Below are positions 48,776 through 58,427 of a DNA stretch of 64,000 bases, one piece after another. Source of the DNA: Gemmatimonadota bacterium (GTDB taxonomy: Bacteria; 4572-55; J002); assembly GCA_003697105.1 (NCBI GenBank), contig RFFQ01000095.1, positions 3,388 through 67,387 on the forward strand, in the 5' to 3' direction. Position 1 is the stretch's first letter. The number at the start of each line of letters is the position of its first letter. A program made the translations under genes and the position numbers. The notes beneath the pieces were generated by a model, which saw only the letters and a list, made by a program, of their open reading frames with translations, was not told the DNA's origin and searched no databases.

Positions 48776-50779
48776 TTAAAAGCGGAAGGGTCCCAACGCC
48801 TCCAAGACCTGTTTTTTTTGTTGATGTTGTCCCAGTTGGTCGAGTAATTTGAGATAGTTTTCGTAAATTGCGCGGCGAGTTTCGTCCTCAAAAAATGCGC
48901 GCTGATGCGCCTCCGACAGGGAACCCCAAACGCGATCCAATGCCTCACTTGCAAGCCGGTAATGTTCCACAGCTCGATCCAACTGTTCCTGTTGGGTGTA
49001 GATTTGAGCCATCGCCCCGTGGACTTGCCATTGGCTTAGCAACTCATCCTCCCGCATGATGTCTAAACAGTGCTGGTAATCTTGTAAAGCGGCGTCCAAA
49101 TCTCCGCTTAAGTAATGATAACGCCCCCGGTTTTCCAAAAAACGGAAACGGTCTTCTTTATTTTCGGTAGATTCCAGTAACTCCTGTGCCTCCATAAAAA
49201 GTGCCTCTGCAGTTTCCATGTTGCCTTGCTCGGCATGCCAGCGACCCATGCAAGAGAATGTTTTTGCTTGCTCCAGTGGGTCCTCATTTGCCATGGCGAT
49301 TTCCAACGAGGCGTCAAAATCCAAGCCGGCGGCTTCAAAATCACCCATGTACTGGTAGGTCACACCTTGATGGCGCAACGCAATGGCTTCTTGTTTCTGA
49401 TCATCCAATTGCCGGACAACTTCCAAACCGCAATCCCAGTGAACCAAACTTTGCGTCCAATCTCCGATTTCATGGTACAACTGCGCTAAAGCAAAATAGA
49501 CCTGCGCTAATGTCTCCATCGCATCCGGTTGGTAGGTGGCAATGCTCAAAATTTGCTGATAATAGGCAATGGCAGTTTCATATTGATCCTGCTGGCGAGC
49601 CACTTTTGCCGCCTGTTGCAACCGGTGAAAATCCTGTTCCAATTGGTTGGTGTCATCAAATAGAAAGCGGTACTGGGTTGCTTCTACTACTTCCGGTGAA
49701 ACGCGCACCACCCGATTGCCCAACGTGGAAATCTCATCCCGAACCCAATTTAAACCGCTGCCGGCAACACCAAACGTTTTCCGCCGTTCCGAACCGTATG
49801 TCCCCACAAATGAGCGGCAGGTATGCACCACGGCCCGTACTTCGGGAATATCGCGTAACTGATTGACCCAGTCGGAGGCTAAACTGACCAATTCTGGCAC
49901 GGCTTCGGTTGACCAACACGTCAATTCTACCTGACCCGTATGCACCGACAGGTGTTGTACATTCAATGTCAACTGGCGTGTTTTTGAAAGTATCTGATCG
50001 ATTGTGGAGCGGAATGGGAGGGAGGGTTTCGCCGCGGTAAATCCACCTAAACTGAGCCGTAATAATGTGACCTTATCGATTTTATTTTCCCGTGGGGGCG
50101 GGGTAAATCGGGTCAAGGATTCGCTAAAAGGTGTGAGAGCTTTCAGTTCCGGGTACGTGAGGGGTTTCTTGCGCACGGTACGGTGCAGCCGTTGGACTGG
50201 CACCGTCCCGTTTTGGGAAGTACCGGTTTCGACACCGGGCACGTTTTCCAGAGCAGAGCGGAGTGCCACCAGTTGGCCGCCTTCTGCCCAGCGCACGGCT
50301 TGATAAGCCTCGTCAACAGGAGTTCCGGTAATCACAAGTTGGGAGGGGATGGTTTCATGTTGAACGACAATGGTTTCAATTTTGCCGGTACTAACACCGG
50401 CGCGCACGGTAATTCCCGCTTGGAATTTCCGAAGAGCCCGTTTCAGGCGTAAACCGGCTTGAATGGCGCGCTTTACGGGGGTCGTGTGCCGCTCCCGGTA
50501 TTGACGCGGGAAAAACGCGATAATCTCTGCCGTGTCAAAGTGGGGTACAACCCCGCCGTTGGTATGACAAATATGGATAATCTGGTTAAAAAATGGGTCT
50601 AGCGCGCTGGTGATTGTCTCCGCTTGCTGTTGCCGGTCAACCCAATCGCCCAGACCGGAAATGTGGATTACCAGAACTGCCGCCTCAAATTGGTTATCCG
50701 TAATGCGTGATGTCGCCAGTAAGTCGGTGAGAACCGTATGCGGAACGTAAGGAAGAAGTTGATTCAGCATGGATACCAC
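48776..50779 (-). CDS. Protein with two non-canonical class III nucleotidyl-cyclase homology domains and C-terminal TPR repeats
   Basis: Domain 1: 'AAVLVIHISGLGDW' (the first metal-binding Asp position is His), 'GGVVPHFDTAEIIAFF', 'ITVRAGVSTGKIETIVV ... QLVITGTPVDEAYQAVRWAE'. A second cyclase-homology-like block spans about residues 200-390. At least 5 TPRs follow. Confidence 0.5.
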   Translation of the reverse strand: MVSMLNQLLPYVPHTVLTDLLATSRITDNQFEAAVLVIHISGLGDWVDRQQQAETITSALDPFFNQIIHICHTNGGVVPHFDTAEIIAFFPRQYRERHTTPVKRAIQAGLRLKRALRKFQAGITVRAGVSTGKIETIVVQHETIPSQLVITGTPVDEAYQAVRWAEGGQLVALRSALENVPGVETGTSQNGTVPVQRLHRTVRKKPLTYPELKALTPFSESLTRFTPPPRENKIDKVTLLRLSLGGFTAAKPSLPFRSTIDQILSKTRQLTLNVQHLSVHTGQVELTCWSTEAVPELVSLASDWVNQLRDIPEVRAVVHTCRSFVGTYGSERRKTFGVAGSGLNWVRDEISTLGNRVVRVSPEVVEATQYRFLFDDTNQLEQDFHRLQQAAKVARQQDQYETAIAYYQQILSIATYQPDAMETLAQVYFALAQLYHEIGDWTQSLVHWDCGLEVVRQLDDQKQEAIALRHQGVTYQYMGDFEAAGLDFDASLEIAMANEDPLEQAKTFSCMGRWHAEQGNMETAEALFMEAQELLESTENKEDRFRFLENRGRYHYLSGDLDAALQDYQHCLDIMREDELLSQWQVHGAMAQIYTQQEQLDRAVEHYRLASEALDRVWGSLSEAHQRAFFEDETRRAIYENYLKLLDQLGQHQQKKQVLEALGPFRF

Positions 50780-50895
50780 TTTCGTTATGGATTATATCAA
50801 AAAGATAGGCAATCAATACACTTCAAATACAAATTCTCCAACAGATGATTAAAGTCTAACCGAGAGTTGCACGGCTTGTCAACAAAAAAATCGGT

Positions 50896-53091
50896 TCAAG
50901 GTGTCCAGTTGCCGGTGACTTCTCCGTATAAAATCCCGGTAAAATCTTGATCCGGTTGATCGGCATCGAGTGGCAGATAATCGTACTGTGGCGGCTGGAA
51001 AGCCCAAGTACCGGTACGGGATTCACTTTCCAAGCCGATGGCGTACCGTGCAATCAGAGCGGCGTCATACGCTGTGACCTCGCCATCGCCACTCACATCT
51101 GCCGCCAGTTGCTGGTGACCATCAAACTCGATCACGCCTATCGCAAATTGGGCGACGCGTGCCGCATCAAAGACCGAAATCCCATTTACACCATCCGTTT
51201 TGGAGGGGACTAGCTGGTAATTTGCTGCGGGAATATCGTTTAATACAAATAGTCCGGTGGAGCGTGTAGTCCGCCGGTACAACGCCCCCAACTGTAACCG
51301 GACATTGCTCAGCCGCTGTTGACCCTCGCGGTACAGTACCCGCCCATCGATTGTATAGCGCTCAATGGCTTGCCCGCTGATGATCAGGCTGTAATCCTGT
51401 GACCCACCGGCTAACTCGTTTTTGTGGCTCACGCGGATGGTGTATGTGCCGGCGATGGGAGTCGATAACCAAATTTGCTCGACATTATCACGGATATTAT
51501 CGCCCGTGATAGCGGGTGCAAGCGGGTTTTGGGGATCGAGTACCCACGGGTAAAAGGTTTCGCCTTCATATTCCACCCGTAGATCGAGGTCATTGACCAA
51601 CATCCGGTCTGGGGGATTCAGTGCCGGTGCGACGGGTGTCCCGGGCGGGTCTGTCCAGCAAAGGGTGACCCGTAAAGGCTCTTCCCCGTTGCTTTCTAGG
51701 GTAAATTCATCCACGGTACCGTTGAGCAAACTCCACTCGTGGATGGATTCATGGGTCACATCGGTCGTGATTAAATAGCCTGCCCGTTGGGCGTTGAGTA
51801 AGCCCCAACCGAAGGCGTAATCGGGCCCGTCCGCTGTGCCGCACTCATCCGCCGTGTGGATTGCCAGTGCCTTCAGCGTTGCCGACCGCATCGATGCCCC
51901 CTCATGGGTTTGTTGGTAGTGTTGTTGCAGGAGCGCCAACGTACCGCTGGCATTCGGCGCGGCGAGTGATGTGCCGCTTTTACTCCCATAACTAAAATCG
52001 GATGCTGGCCCAGTGGTGTACAAATTGACACCATTCGCTACAAGGTCTGGCTTAATGCGTCCATCATCGGTGGGTCCGTAGCTACTGAACCAACTCATCA
52101 GGACCGATTCCGGACCCGCATAATCGATGACATCCCGTACAGCCCCAACAGTTAGGATATTTTTCGCATTTTTCATGGAAGGCATACAATCAAAGCCGAA
52201 TTCACCCCCATCTCGGATACGGTAGCCGGTGGCGAGCACCCACTCCTGCTCTGCGGGATCAAAGACCCAGTGCGCGGTGGTGTCGGGATGCTCCGGACCC
52301 GCATCACTGCGGTGATTACTGGCAGAAATGACAATCAGGTAGAAAGGGGCATTATAGGCAATTTCATCCCAATCCCGCGCCCGCTCGCTGTAAAAACCGA
52401 ATTTATAATCCTCTTCGGTACTGATCGAGAGGTCGCCGTGCCATGCCCAGAGCATATCCCCAAAATAATTCAGATACCATCCCGCGGCGACCCCGTAAGA
52501 GTGGTTTGATACTAACATGCCGTCTGCCGCTTCTGCCGCCATTTCTGCCGCATCCGTGTTCCAGTCGTAGGAGATCATATCGGCTTGGTACGCCATGCCG
52601 TGCGCTTGTTGGCGTATGCCGGCGGCGATCATCGTCCCGGCGACATAGGTGGCGTGTGGATCGGGTTCAAAGCCATCATCGCCGGCAGTGATGCGCTCGC
52701 CAAATTCTCGGTGCGTGCGGCGCACAATGCCGCTGTCCCAAATGCCCACTTCCAACCCGGCACCACTGACCTCAAAATCACCTTCCCAGAGGTAATCCGT
52801 GCGGGTGGTAATGGCGGCATACCAGTTTTCGGTTTGGTAGTAAACCGGTACACCGTTTTGGATCGATTGAACTTCCGTGATGGTCTCATCGGGTAGGGTG
52901 AATCGCTTGACAAGGTGGGGTGGAATTTGAGCGCGATCCTGTTCCGCTTGCCGGCGAAATTTCTGCTCCAGTTGGTGCAATTGGACACGGTTGGTTGTGC
53001 GTTGGGGGGGTGTTTGGGCAACCAACAGACCCGGCAGTAGGAGCAGTAGGGTTGTTATGAGGAAACGACCGTTGAACATGCGACCTCTCAT
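50896..53091 (-). CDS. Secreted subtilisin-family (S8) serine peptidase with a CarbopepD_reg-like domain and C-terminal dockerin
   Basis: Signal peptide. D/H/S triad motifs 'VGIWDSG', 'HATYVAGTM' and 'GTSLAAPNASG'. Dockerin repeats 'TDGVNGISVFDAARVAQFAIG' and 'DVSGDGEVTAYDAALIARYAIG'. Confidence 0.8.
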   Translation of the reverse strand: MRGRMFNGRFLITTLLLLLPGLLVAQTPPQRTTNRVQLHQLEQKFRRQAEQDRAQIPPHLVKRFTLPDETITEVQSIQNGVPVYYQTENWYAAITTRTDYLWEGDFEVSGAGLEVGIWDSGIVRRTHREFGERITAGDDGFEPDPHATYVAGTMIAAGIRQQAHGMAYQADMISYDWNTDAAEMAAEAADGMLVSNHSYGVAAGWYLNYFGDMLWAWHGDLSISTEEDYKFGFYSERARDWDEIAYNAPFYLIVISASNHRSDAGPEHPDTTAHWVFDPAEQEWVLATGYRIRDGGEFGFDCMPSMKNAKNILTVGAVRDVIDYAGPESVLMSWFSSYGPTDDGRIKPDLVANGVNLYTTGPASDFSYGSKSGTSLAAPNASGTLALLQQHYQQTHEGASMRSATLKALAIHTADECGTADGPDYAFGWGLLNAQRAGYLITTDVTHESIHEWSLLNGTVDEFTLESNGEEPLRVTLCWTDPPGTPVAPALNPPDRMLVNDLDLRVEYEGETFYPWVLDPQNPLAPAITGDNIRDNVEQIWLSTPIAGTYTIRVSHKNELAGGSQDYSLIISGQAIERYTIDGRVLYREGQQRLSNVRLQLGALYRRTTRSTGLFVLNDIPAANYQLVPSKTDGVNGISVFDAARVAQFAIGVIEFDGHQQLAADVSGDGEVTAYDAALIARYAIGLESESRTGTWAFQPPQYDYLPLDADQPDQDFTGILYGEVTGNWTP

Positions 53092-53099
53092 GATGTTGA

Positions 53100-53456
53100 C
53101 TATTGGTCAACCATTCTTTCAACCGCTTCAATGACTTCAGGGTTTATCTGGCAAAGATTGAGAATTATTTCCCCCCACTGAAGCGGATCAAGCTGATCGA
53201 GTAACTCTGTTATGGGGGGTTTCTCTGGAATTTGTTTCGGGTGATAGTGGTACTCCAACAAGGTTGCCACAATCTGTTTGCACCAGCCTCCCCAATCATA
53301 CGGGCAGGTACAGGAGGCGAATTCAATGCCGGTATTATTGAAACCAATGGTTACGATATACGGTTGCTCATCCGACCCCTTGGACAAACGCTTGGAGGTG
53401 TTGGCCTCGTAATGTGGCGGAAAGTACCATACCGTTATAATAATACCGTTCGCCAC
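53100..53456 (-). CDS. SWIM zinc-finger domain protein
   Basis: 'CTCPYDWGGWCKQIVATLLEYH' is a CxCxnCxH SWIM motif. Confidence 0.55.
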   Translation of the reverse strand: MANGIIITVWYFPPHYEANTSKRLSKGSDEQPYIVTIGFNNTGIEFASCTCPYDWGGWCKQIVATLLEYHYHPKQIPEKPPITELLDQLDPLQWGEIILNLCQINPEVIEAVERMVDQ

Positions 53457-53534
53457 GATTGTACGATTGCTCCGAGGAGTTTAGACGGATGAGGTCTTGA
53501 AAAATCGTGGGAATGTTCATGATGAACTCCTTGA

Positions 53535-55085
53535 TTACAACGGAATATTTCCATGTTTTTTGGGTGGGTTGGTATCCCGTTTATTTTCCAGCATGTGCAA
53601 AGCCGTAATGAGTTTGGGGCGGGTATGGCGGGGATCGATTACCTCATCAATATAGCCCCGTGCCGCGGCAATATAAGGATTCGCAAATTTTTCGCGATAT
53701 TCCGCCACTAACTCAGCTTTTTTGGCGGCGGGATCATCTGCCTCGGCTAACTCTCGCCGGAAAATGATATTCACCGCGCCATCGGGACCCATCACGGCGA
53801 TTTCCGCGGAGGGCCAGGCAAAGTTCATATCGCCGCGCACATGTTTGGAACTCATCACGTCATAAGCGCCGCCGTATGCCTTGCGTAGAATCACTGTAAT
53901 TTTGGGAACGGTGGCTTCGCAGTAGGCATACAAAAGTTTTGCTCCATGTTTGATAATACCACCGAACTCTTGAGTCGTGCCGGGCAAAAAGCCGGGCACA
54001 TCCTCGAAGGTGACCAAAGGGATGTTGAAACAGTCGCAAAACCGGATAAACCGGGCTCCTTTTAAGCTGGAATCAATATCCAAACAGCCAGCTAATACGG
54101 CGGGTTGGTTGGCGACAACTCCCACCGGTTTGCCATCCAACCGGGCAAAGCCGACGACGATATTTTGGGCATATTCCGCATGAACTTCAAAAAATTCGCC
54201 GTCATCAACTACTCGTTCAATGACCTGCTTTACATCATAGGGTTTGTTGGGGTTATCGGGGACGATTTCCAGCAATTCTTTATCTTGCCGGTAGGGGTCA
54301 TCGGTGGGCTCGATTGACGGGGGATCCTCCACGTTATTTTGCGGGATAAAACTGAGCAATGTTTTGATCTGCTGGATGCAGTCCAGTTCGTTGGCACAGG
54401 CAAAATGGGCAACTCCACTTTTGCTGGCATGGGTATGAGCGCCGCCGAGTTCTTCATGGGTAACTTCCTCATGCGTCACAGTCTTGACGACTTCTGGTCC
54501 CGTGACAAACATGTAGCTGGTCTGATCTACCATGAAAATAAAATCCGTGATTGCTGGGGAATAGACCGCCCCACCGGCACACGGCCCCATGATGGCGGAA
54601 ATCTGGGGAATTACCCCGCTTGCCAACGTATTTTGCAGAAAAATATCGGCATAACCACCTAAACTGACCACACCTTCCTGAATTCGTGCACCGCCGCTAT
54701 CATTTAACCCGACAATCGGTGCGCCGTTTTTCATTGCCAGATGCATCACCTTAAGGATTTTTTCCGCATGCGCTTCACTCAGGGAACCCCCAAAAACGGT
54801 AAAATCCTGTGAAAATACATACGTCAATCGACCGTTGACCGTACCGTAACCGGTCACAACCCCATCCCCAAGAATCTTTTGCTTATCTAAACCAAAATCA
54901 GACGAACGGTGGGTGACAAACATATCCAGTTCATTAAAACTGCCTTTGTCCAACAGTAGTTCGATCCGTTCTCTCGCGGTCAATTTCCCTTTTTCGTGCT
55001 GTTTCGCAATACGCTTTTCGCCACCACCCTTACGAGCTTCTGCTTTTCGCTGTTCCAAGTGTTTGAGTTTATCCTGCATCGACAT
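53535..55085 (-). CDS. Acyl-CoA carboxylase carboxyltransferase (beta) subunit (propionyl-/methylmalonyl-CoA type)
   Basis: '[23 protein letters not shown]' and '[27 protein letters not shown]' are the typical PccB/AccD5 N-terminus. The start was moved to the ATG at 55085 ('MSMQDKL'), which has an AGGGAGA RBS. Confidence 0.85.
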   Translation of the reverse strand: MSMQDKLKHLEQRKAEARKGGGEKRIAKQHEKGKLTARERIELLLDKGSFNELDMFVTHRSSDFGLDKQKILGDGVVTGYGTVNGRLTYVFSQDFTVFGGSLSEAHAEKILKVMHLAMKNGAPIVGLNDSGGARIQEGVVSLGGYADIFLQNTLASGVIPQISAIMGPCAGGAVYSPAITDFIFMVDQTSYMFVTGPEVVKTVTHEEVTHEELGGAHTHASKSGVAHFACANELDCIQQIKTLLSFIPQNNVEDPPSIEPTDDPYRQDKELLEIVPDNPNKPYDVKQVIERVVDDGEFFEVHAEYAQNIVVGFARLDGKPVGVVANQPAVLAGCLDIDSSLKGARFIRFCDCFNIPLVTFEDVPGFLPGTTQEFGGIIKHGAKLLYAYCEATVPKITVILRKAYGGAYDVMSSKHVRGDMNFAWPSAEIAVMGPDGAVNIIFRRELAEADDPAAKKAELVAEYREKFANPYIAAARGYIDEVIDPRHTRPKLITALHMLENKRDTNPPKKHGNIPL

Positions 55086-55249
55086 AGTGTGAATTCTCCC
55101 TAAAAAGGACTCGTTCCAATTTGATTTAACGGTAAAATTATAGCGGATCAATGCCGAACAGACAAGGATTTATTCATTGCCAACCCAAACAGAATCCCTT
55201 ACCATTTATTACCTTTAATAATTTTATCACTTCACATCAGAAAGGAGAT

Positions 55250-55993
55250 ATGATGGATCGAGAATATTTTTACCAACTCATTGGGGGTGAGGGGAAGTTT
55301 GATTACGAAATCTATCTGAATACCCAACAACTGCTATCCTGCCAAAAAGATTATGACGAGTTGTGTAATGCTGATGAACTTCAATTTCAGATTGTACACC
55401 AGTCTGAAGAGTTATGGATGAAATTGATCGCCTACACCCTGTTGGATATTGATGATTATTTGCAAGCCGGTAATACCATGCGGGTGTTGACCCTTTTTCG
55501 CCGGGTTTATCTGATTCAAAAATTGATGATCCAACACCTCGAGATTTTAGAGACCATGTCGCCCAAAGAGTACCAAGAAATCCGGTTGCATCTCGGGAAT
55601 GGGAGTGGTCAGGAATCGCCCGGTTTCCGCACGTTGCTACGGATGTTTAAACCGTTGTGGCAATCATTCAAAACCACTTATTTGGATGCCAAAGGGCTTA
55701 CGGTTGAAAAAATCTATGATTCCGAATACGATCGCGGGGAAGCCTACATGGTGGCGGAAGCTTTATTTGAGTTTGATTTGCTCTTTCAAAATTTCCGCTA
55801 TCACCATATCAAGTTGATCCACCGAACGATTGGTTTACACGCTAAGTCTCTGAAAGGCAAAGCGGTGGATATTCTAAATGATGGCTTAAAGATGCAATTT
55901 TTCCCGGAACTGTGGGCAATTCGCGGTGAAATGACCGATCGGTGGGGGGGTCAATATGGGGTGGTACGTGACTCCTTGAGTACCGGCCATTAA
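55250..55993 (+). CDS. kynA: Tryptophan 2,3-dioxygenase
   Basis: 'YEIYLNTQQLLSCQKD ... ELQFQIVHQSEELWMKLIAYTL' is the TDO core. AGGAG at 55243-55247. The start is the ATG at 55250 or 55253. Confidence 0.8.
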   Translation: MMDREYFYQLIGGEGKFDYEIYLNTQQLLSCQKDYDELCNADELQFQIVHQSEELWMKLIAYTLLDIDDYLQAGNTMRVLTLFRRVYLIQKLMIQHLEILETMSPKEYQEIRLHLGNGSGQESPGFRTLLRMFKPLWQSFKTTYLDAKGLTVEKIYDSEYDRGEAYMVAEALFEFDLLFQNFRYHHIKLIHRTIGLHAKSLKGKAVDILNDGLKMQFFPELWAIRGEMTDRWGGQYGVVRDSLSTGH

Positions 55994-56025
55994 TTCCATG
56001 AACCTCAGGGAAAGAGAGTTTAAAC

Positions 56026-57138
56026 ATGAATTATCGGGACCACTTTGATGTTCCCGCGGGCACGTATCTCTTGAGCCATTCGGTGGGATGCTTGCCACAG
56101 CCAACACGTGCGGCGGTACAGCATTATTTGGATCAATGGGCGACACAGGGAGGCCATGCGTGGGGTGATTGGTTGGATTGTATCAATCACTTTACCTCAG
56201 CTTTGGCAAATATTTTGGGTGGGAATGCTTCTGATTATTGCCCGCAAGTCAATCTTTCTGCCGGTTTGACGAAATGGTTGGGCGCATTGCCGCGTCGTGC
56301 AGGGCGCACTAAAATTCTGCTAACGGAACTGGATTTTCCCTCGATGGGTTTTGTGTTGGCGCAGTTACGCCGGGAGGGGTATGAACTGGTCTATTTACCG
56401 GCGGAGCAGGGGGTGATTTCACTGGACGTGTGGCTGGAGCATCTCCAACCGGATGTCCATCTGGCATTTATCACCCATTCCCTCTCCGAAAACAGCTACC
56501 AACAACCGGTGGCAGAGATTGTAGCTCGTGCCCGTGAAGAGGAGATTTATAGTGTGGTCGATGTGGCACAATCTGCCGGAATTCTCCCGATTGATGTGGT
56601 GCAATGGCAGGCAGACGCGGTGATCGGCTCTTGCGTCAAATGGCTTTGCGGAGGTCCGGGTGCCGGCTTTTTGTGGGTCAACCCGGCATTAATTGAGCAT
56701 CTGACGCCACGCGATGTGGGGTGGTTTTCGCATTCAAACCCGTTTGAGTTTGATATTCATCACTTTGAATGGGCACATGATGCGCGGCGGTTTTGGGGTG
56801 GGACACCTTCGGTTTTGCCCTTTGTGGCGGCAACGGAAGGACTCCGCCTGTTACACTCGATTGGCGTTGAGACGCTCTACCGGCACAACCGGCAGTTGAC
56901 TACCCAGTTGCGCCAGATCGCCCATGAACAGGGCGTAACGGTCAATACTCCGATGTTTCCACAGTGTGGTGGTACGGTTGTGTTGGATTTTCCGGATCGG
57001 GTTCGGGCGGCCCAAGTGTTTGACCAACATCAAATTCATGTTGACCTGCGTCCCACATTTGGCTTCCGATTTTCGCCCCATATCTATACGGATGTCGCCG
57101 ACATTCAATGTTTGGCCGATATTTTCCGGCAGGTGTGA
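56026..57138 (+). CDS. kynU: Kynureninase-like PLP-dependent enzyme (aminotransferase class V fold)
   Basis: 'SCVKWLCGGPGAGFLWV' carries the PLP-Lys motif as in kynureninase. It lies immediately downstream of kynA. Confidence 0.65.
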   Translation: MNYRDHFDVPAGTYLLSHSVGCLPQPTRAAVQHYLDQWATQGGHAWGDWLDCINHFTSALANILGGNASDYCPQVNLSAGLTKWLGALPRRAGRTKILLTELDFPSMGFVLAQLRREGYELVYLPAEQGVISLDVWLEHLQPDVHLAFITHSLSENSYQQPVAEIVARAREEEIYSVVDVAQSAGILPIDVVQWQADAVIGSCVKWLCGGPGAGFLWVNPALIEHLTPRDVGWFSHSNPFEFDIHHFEWAHDARRFWGGTPSVLPFVAATEGLRLLHSIGVETLYRHNRQLTTQLRQIAHEQGVTVNTPMFPQCGGTVVLDFPDRVRAAQVFDQHQIHVDLRPTFGFRFSPHIYTDVADIQCLADIFRQV

Positions 57139-57205
57139 CATCCTGCCCGGGAGAGCGATTAAAGGGAAAGTGGGTGTTCGGTGTGTTTGCTGAAAGGGGG
57201 GGAGG

Positions 57206-57442
57206 TTATGCGGTTCGTTCCCACTGGTCACAGACATAGTTTTTGAGAATATCAGTTTCGGGGGATTTGCTCATGTCTGCCCGTTCGCACTTAAATGCGG
57301 TGCGGTCCCAACGTTTGATTTTAAAAAAATGACATGTTCCACAGGATTTCGTCCGATCGGAACTGCGGCGATAGTTATTTTCAGCTTTGAACGCCTCAAA
57401 TTTTGCGATTCTTTCGGCGTCTGATTCTCGATTCCAGAACAT
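57206..57442 (-). CDS. Small Cys-rich hypothetical protein
   Basis: 78 aa with motifs 'CGTCHFF', 'FKCE' and 'YVCDQWE'. Confidence 0.3.
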   Translation of the reverse strand: MFWNRESDAERIAKFEAFKAENNYRRSSDRTKSCGTCHFFKIKRWDRTAFKCERADMSKSPETDILKNYVCDQWERTA

Positions 57443-57550
57443 AATCTATTTTGAAGCGTATCGGGGATAAGGTCTAAAATATGGGATAGTGGGACGCTAC
57501 TTTAACCGCTCTGGGACGTTATGTGTTTTCCCACCAATATCTTCCATCTG

Positions 57551-57591
57551 TAAAAACACGAAGAACCTGATAGCACACTATCAGGTTCTTC
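57551..57591 (-). terminator. Strong intrinsic terminator of the cold-shock gene
   Basis: Perfect 14-bp stem GAAGAACCTGATAG(57560-73)/CTATCAGGTTCTTC(57578-91) with a 4-nt loop. On the minus strand it is followed by GUGUUUUUA. Confidence 0.7.
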
Positions 57592-57624
57592 TATGGAAAA
57601 GAGTAGCTTGTTAGCGAAAACTAC

Positions 57625-57831
57625 TCATGAAATTGGCTGAACATTTTTGGCAACCAAGCCCTTTGGACCGTCTTCAACGTCGAACTCCACGCGATCATTT
57701 TCGTGCAATGTCCGAAAACCATCGCCTTGGATTTCACTATAGTGGATGAAAACGTCTTTATCGCCATTGTCTTGGGTGATAAAGCCGTAGCCCTTCTTTT
57801 CATTAAACCACTTAACAACACCTGTAGCCAT
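57625..57831 (-). CDS. cspA: Cold-shock protein (CspA family)
   Basis: '[29 protein letters not shown]' contains the RNP1 and RNP2 motifs. Start at 'MATGVV'. Confidence 0.95.
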   Translation of the reverse strand: MATGVVKWFNEKKGYGFITQDNGDKDVFIHYSEIQGDGFRTLHENDRVEFDVEDGPKGLVAKNVQPIS

Positions 57832-58057
57832 TACTGCTAACCTCACTAAAAAACGTTAAAACATAATATGTACAACTTGTTACGTGCTACTCACATACTT
57901 CAGGGACATCCATCGGACTTGGTTCAAAGAACGAAATCACCTTCAGCATACTGATGCCAAAACAAGCGTACTACCAATTTATTTCCCCGAAAAAGGGTAA
58001 CCGAAGATAGCATGTTTCCCAGTAAAGATCAAGGATTATTTTACCAACGTGCCGGAT

Positions 58058-58378
58058 TTACACGTCAAAATTATCAAAATTGAACGGTGTATCCGGTGGC
58101 TTATGCCCCGGTTTGGGTAACGAAATTTCACCGAACTGATTTTCATAGCGGTGGATGTTCTCGTGAAGGGCGTTCAAAAAGGCTTTGGCGTTCGGAGCAT
58201 TCATCACGACGCGGGTACGCACTTTCCCTTTCGGTTGACCCGGAAGCATACAAACAAAATCCATTACAAATTCCGTTCCGGTATGAGAGATGATCGCCAG
58301 ATTCGCATAAATGCCCTCGGCGGTTTCGGGGGTAAGTTCAATGTTGATCTGCTGTTTTTTAGGGGGTTGTTGTGCCAT
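58058..58378 (-). CDS. DUF3467 domain protein
   Basis: 'IELTPETAEGIYANLAIISHTGTEFVMDF'. Confidence 0.6.
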   Translation of the reverse strand: MAQQPPKKQQINIELTPETAEGIYANLAIISHTGTEFVMDFVCMLPGQPKGKVRTRVVMNAPNAKAFLNALHENIHRYENQFGEISLPKPGHKPPDTPFNFDNFDV

Positions 58379-58427
58379 TATATCCTCGTTTCTAGGGGAG
58401 ATGGGCGCTGATGACCGGCAGTGGCAA

